DNA from: Candidatus Heimdallarchaeota archaeon
Lineage (GTDB): Archaea; Asgardarchaeota; Heimdallarchaeia; Heimdallarchaeales; Heimdallarchaeaceae
Length of the DNA: 17,066 bases
Direction: 5' to 3'
Assembly (NCBI GenBank): GCA_016840095.1
Contig: JAEOSZ010000096.1
Span: 1 to 17,066 of the forward strand
Shown here: positions 14,501 through 17,066 of the stretch, piece by piece
Numbering within the stretch: the stretch's first letter is position 1
How the letters are laid out: each line of letters opens with the position of its first letter
The notes under the pieces: model-generated
The model's database searches: none
Told to the model about the DNA's origin: nothing
Seen by the model: only the letters and a program-made list of their open reading frames with translations
Program-made: the position numbers and the translations under genes

Positions 14501-14518
14501 CCAAAACTATTTTAAATA
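14501..14518 (+). promoter_or_regulatory. BRE/TATA promoter for the TM-TPR gene
   Basis: CCAAAACT followed by TTTAAATA (14511-14518), starting 27 nt before ATG 14538. Confidence 0.55.
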
Positions 14519-14537
14519 ATTTTCAAATGTTCTCTTA

Positions 14538-16268
14538 ATGGATTATTGCTATAAAAAATCTAAGACTAAAAAAATCTTAGTTGTTCTTTCTTGCTTAGTT
14601 TTAGTTTCTCTATCGCAATCCATACAAGTAAACAGTTTTACTGATTTTTCTAGCACATTACATCTTCCTGGTGATTCATCATTTGCACTACCCGCTCTTA
14701 ATATGTATAATAACAACAGCATCTACTTAGAAATTATAATTGCCAATGGATCAGAATTAAGATATTATATCCTTACCTCAGTACAATATTCCCACTATAC
14801 TAGTGGGATTCCCTCTAATTATGTTTATGAAGAAAGAATTTATGATCTATCTATTGATGTTCACAAGGTAACTAGTAATCAAGTCTATTACGTTGTTTTC
14901 TACAATCCTACGCTTCAAACAGTAGATTTCCATTATATAATAAAATCACAAAAAGTGGAAGGATTTGGGATGCTAGTTTGGCTTCAAATCTTTTTGATAT
15001 TTATACTAGTTTCTCTTTTTGTTGGAGTTCTTGTTTTCATCGCTCGTGGAAGTATATCTAGAATAAGAGACAGAAAATTTATTTCTGAAATTAAAGAAGA
15101 AAGAAAGGACATAGAAAAACCAGATAGGTCTCTTCAAACCAGGGAGGAACAGAGAGTAATCGCTAACAGGTTGATTCAACGGCAAAAACATCTCTTGCGC
15201 GAAGAGAAGTTAATGATAGAGAACAAGCAGAAAGCCCTTGTTCTTTACAATGAAGGAATGAAGCTAAAATTGCAAAAAGATTTAGAACTTGCAGAAGAGA
15301 AATTCAAAGAAGCAATCAAATTCGATGAGAATAATTATGAAATATGGTTTGGTTTAGCTGAAGCACACCTTCAATTATCAAAGAACGTTGAAGCATCAGA
15401 AGCTTTTCAGAAAGTTATATCACTCAAACCAGATCACATTGAATCATTAATATCTGCTGCAATACTGCAGTTACTTCCTATTGAGTCTATTACTGAGGAT
15501 AAACTTGCTTCTGCAGAGAAACTTCTACGAAAAGCTACATATGTTGACAGAAACGATGAGAGAGTATGGAATGAACTTGGTAAAGTTTTAGAAAAAGCAG
15601 GGAAATCTTCAGAAGCACAAGAAGCATTCAAACAAGCAGATCTAATTAAGCTTATAGAAGATCCAAGATATGACCCTAAATTGTCTCTAAGTGAGAATAC
15701 TGTGGGTCAATTCTTAATGGATGCCTATGAAGCAACAAGACTCAAAAACAATGAAAAAGCAATTTCTATCTATCTGGAAGTGTTAAATAGGGAACCAGAA
15801 AACCAAGTAGCTCTAGCAAATTTAGGTACTATCTATGTTGAAAATAAAAGCTGGAACGAAGCTGAAACTACATTGAGAAAAGCACTACAATTTGACACTG
15901 TGAATATTGATATTTTAGAAAAATTAAGAACAACAGTGAAAGCTCAAGGTAATGTAATGGAACTTGAAATGATTACTAGGAAACTTGTAGTGCTCAAAGC
16001 AAATGATTTGGAATCATGGCACGATTTAATTCTAAGTTTAATAGCACAAGAAAAACTAGCCGAAGCAGAATCTAATTGTATCTATATAATGAATGATTAT
16101 ACTAGCTATAGCAAGTTTTGGGTTCTTTATACAATAATACTAACAAAACTAGAGAGAGTTGAGGAAACAATTGAAGTTTTTCAACGTGCAGAGCAACTAG
16201 ATTCTTCAAGTAAAAAGCACTTAAAAATTGTTGAAAAATATCTAAAAGAAATATCAAAAAAGAAGTGA
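14538..16268 (+). CDS. Single-pass receptor-like protein: signal peptide, small beta-sandwich ectodomain, TM, charged linker, cytoplasmic TPR array
   Basis: KKILVVLSCLVLVSLS signal; ~100-aa ectodomain ending YYVVFYNP; TM MLVWLQIFLIFILVSLFVGVLVFIA then RGSISRIRDRK; TPRs such as IWFGLAEAHLQLSKNVEASEAFQKVISLKP, VWNELGKVLEKAGKSSEAQEAF and ALANLGTIYVENKSWNEAETTLRKALQFD. Confidence 0.85.
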   Translation: MDYCYKKSKTKKILVVLSCLVLVSLSQSIQVNSFTDFSSTLHLPGDSSFALPALNMYNNNSIYLEIIIANGSELRYYILTSVQYSHYTSGIPSNYVYEERIYDLSIDVHKVTSNQVYYVVFYNPTLQTVDFHYIIKSQKVEGFGMLVWLQIFLIFILVSLFVGVLVFIARGSISRIRDRKFISEIKEERKDIEKPDRSLQTREEQRVIANRLIQRQKHLLREEKLMIENKQKALVLYNEGMKLKLQKDLELAEEKFKEAIKFDENNYEIWFGLAEAHLQLSKNVEASEAFQKVISLKPDHIESLISAAILQLLPIESITEDKLASAEKLLRKATYVDRNDERVWNELGKVLEKAGKSSEAQEAFKQADLIKLIEDPRYDPKLSLSENTVGQFLMDAYEATRLKNNEKAISIYLEVLNREPENQVALANLGTIYVENKSWNEAETTLRKALQFDTVNIDILEKLRTTVKAQGNVMELEMITRKLVVLKANDLESWHDLILSLIAQEKLAEAESNCIYIMNDYTSYSKFWVLYTIILTKLERVEETIEVFQRAEQLDSSSKKHLKIVEKYLKEISKKK

Positions 16269-16283
16269 AGAAAAAATTCTTCA
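16266..16283. terminator. Short hairpin between convergent genes (possible bidirectional terminator)
   Basis: TGAAGAA-AAAA-TTCTTCA, a 7-bp stem beginning at the stop of the TPR gene and ending 2 nt before the stop of the convergent gene. Confidence 0.3.
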
Positions 16284-16285
16284 TC

Positions 16286-17065
16286 TTATTGTTTAGATTT
16301 GAGAATATTGTTGACCCCATCATAATTGGAAGCTTTAGCTCCGTAAAGGAAATCGGCTTGAAAACCTTCGTGAGGGGCTGAAACTTGCATTGTGAAAGTT
16401 TGATCATTAACAAACAGTTTGTGAATAGATGGGTCGTTCAATAATCTTCTAGCCTTCTGAGGATTGTCAGAAAGATAAGATAACGAGAGGGAATCAGCAA
16501 CCAATTCATCAGCATAGTAGTCGTCAGGTTTGCAGATAGTACCAAACGCAAACGGATATTCATCTGTCCTCATTTGGTGCTCTTCTCCTAATTCTAACAA
16601 TGTAGGCATGAAGTAAGCTAATTCTCCATCAATGTGTAAAAATCCTTCCTTATCTCTGAATCCTGAAGTAATATCTTTTACACCTGAATCCATTCTGCTT
16701 TGAATGAACTTGTGTAAACCTCTAGCTGCATCAACTTGCATAGCTGAAATCTGAGCGTTGGGATCCATAGGATCTAAAGGTTGTAAAGATGCTAGTTTTT
16801 CAGCTAATTTGTCTCTAAATTCTTCATATTTATCTGGAGAATTATAGACAATACCTGAAGCATTAATGCATCCTCTTCCTGTATCGAAATTGATGCTTTG
16901 ATAAGCTAGTTCAACAGAAAGATCAAGTAGTGAAGGTGTCATATTTTCAATTTCAACTAAAACCTTACTTCTTCCAGGACCATAAGTTTTGATTCTGTCA
17001 TTGTTTTCATAAGCTTTGAGAATCCATTCGTTGCCAAAGATTATCCCTAAATCAGATTTTCTGAC
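16286..17065 (-). CDS. C-terminal part of an aldehyde dehydrogenase-superfamily reductase (GriD/LuxC-like); 5' end outside window
   Basis: Frame stays open to the window edge, adding VRKSDLGIIFGNEWILKAYENNDRIKTYGPGRSKVLVEIEN before the listed ATG 16942. YGPGRSK, GRGCINAS (catalytic Cys), EYPFAF and PHEGFQADFLY match this ALDH subfamily as I recall it. Confidence 0.78.
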   Translation of the reverse strand, partial: VRKSDLGIIFGNEWILKAYENNDRIKTYGPGRSKVLVEIENMTPSLLDLSVELAYQSINFDTGRGCINASGIVYNSPDKYEEFRDKLAEKLASLQPLDPMDPNAQISAMQVDAARGLHKFIQSRMDSGVKDITSGFRDKEGFLHIDGELAYFMPTLLELGEEHQMRTDEYPFAFGTICKPDDYYADELVADSLSLSYLSDNPQKARRLLNDPSIHKLFVNDQTFTMQVSAPHEGFQADFLYGAKASNYDGVNNILKSKQ

Positions 17066-17066
17066 C

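Noticed and set aside
15006-16413. Minus-strand ORFs 15006-15191, 15434-15631 and 16102-16413
   Set aside because: They overlap the TPR or ALDH-like genes and have no independent support.
1-17066. tRNA, rRNA, CRISPR array, IS or integrase
   Set aside because: Intergenic gaps are at most about 140 nt and AT-rich, with no cloverleaf, spaced repeats or transposase motifs seen by eye.

Overview
AT-rich, tightly packed 17 kb chromosomal window that looks archaeal, most likely Asgard (Heimdallarchaeia-like). The taxonomy is inferred from a PAC2 proteasome chaperone, XPD and Hef/XPF-family genes, TATA-like boxes about 27-32 nt upstream of several starts, and a sequon-rich surface protein with Ig-like repeats and a C-terminal TM plus basic tail. 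There are 15 credible CDS, two of them truncated by the window edges: a degenerate M29 peptidase-like C-terminus, glyoxylate reductase-like dehydrogenase, PAC2, EamA transporter, DegV, a type I membrane protein, XPD/Rad3 FeS helicase, a Hef/FANCM/XPF-like pseudo-helicase, a Pro-rich/TM/13-Cys protein, a DUF2085-like His/Cys membrane protein, D-aminoacylase, a TPR-like protein, a CxxCH-containing surface glycoprotein, an ectodomain-TM-TPR protein and a GriD/LuxC-type ALDH-like reductase. I saw no RNA genes, CRISPR arrays or mobile elements. The best candidate for a new system is the overlapping gene pair in which a full-length Hef-like protein has lost every ATPase motif and its nuclease domain but keeps a putative HhH tail, and lies directly upstream of an apparently intact XPD/FANCJ-type FeS helicase. 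All family calls come from motif recognition by eye; no searches were run.
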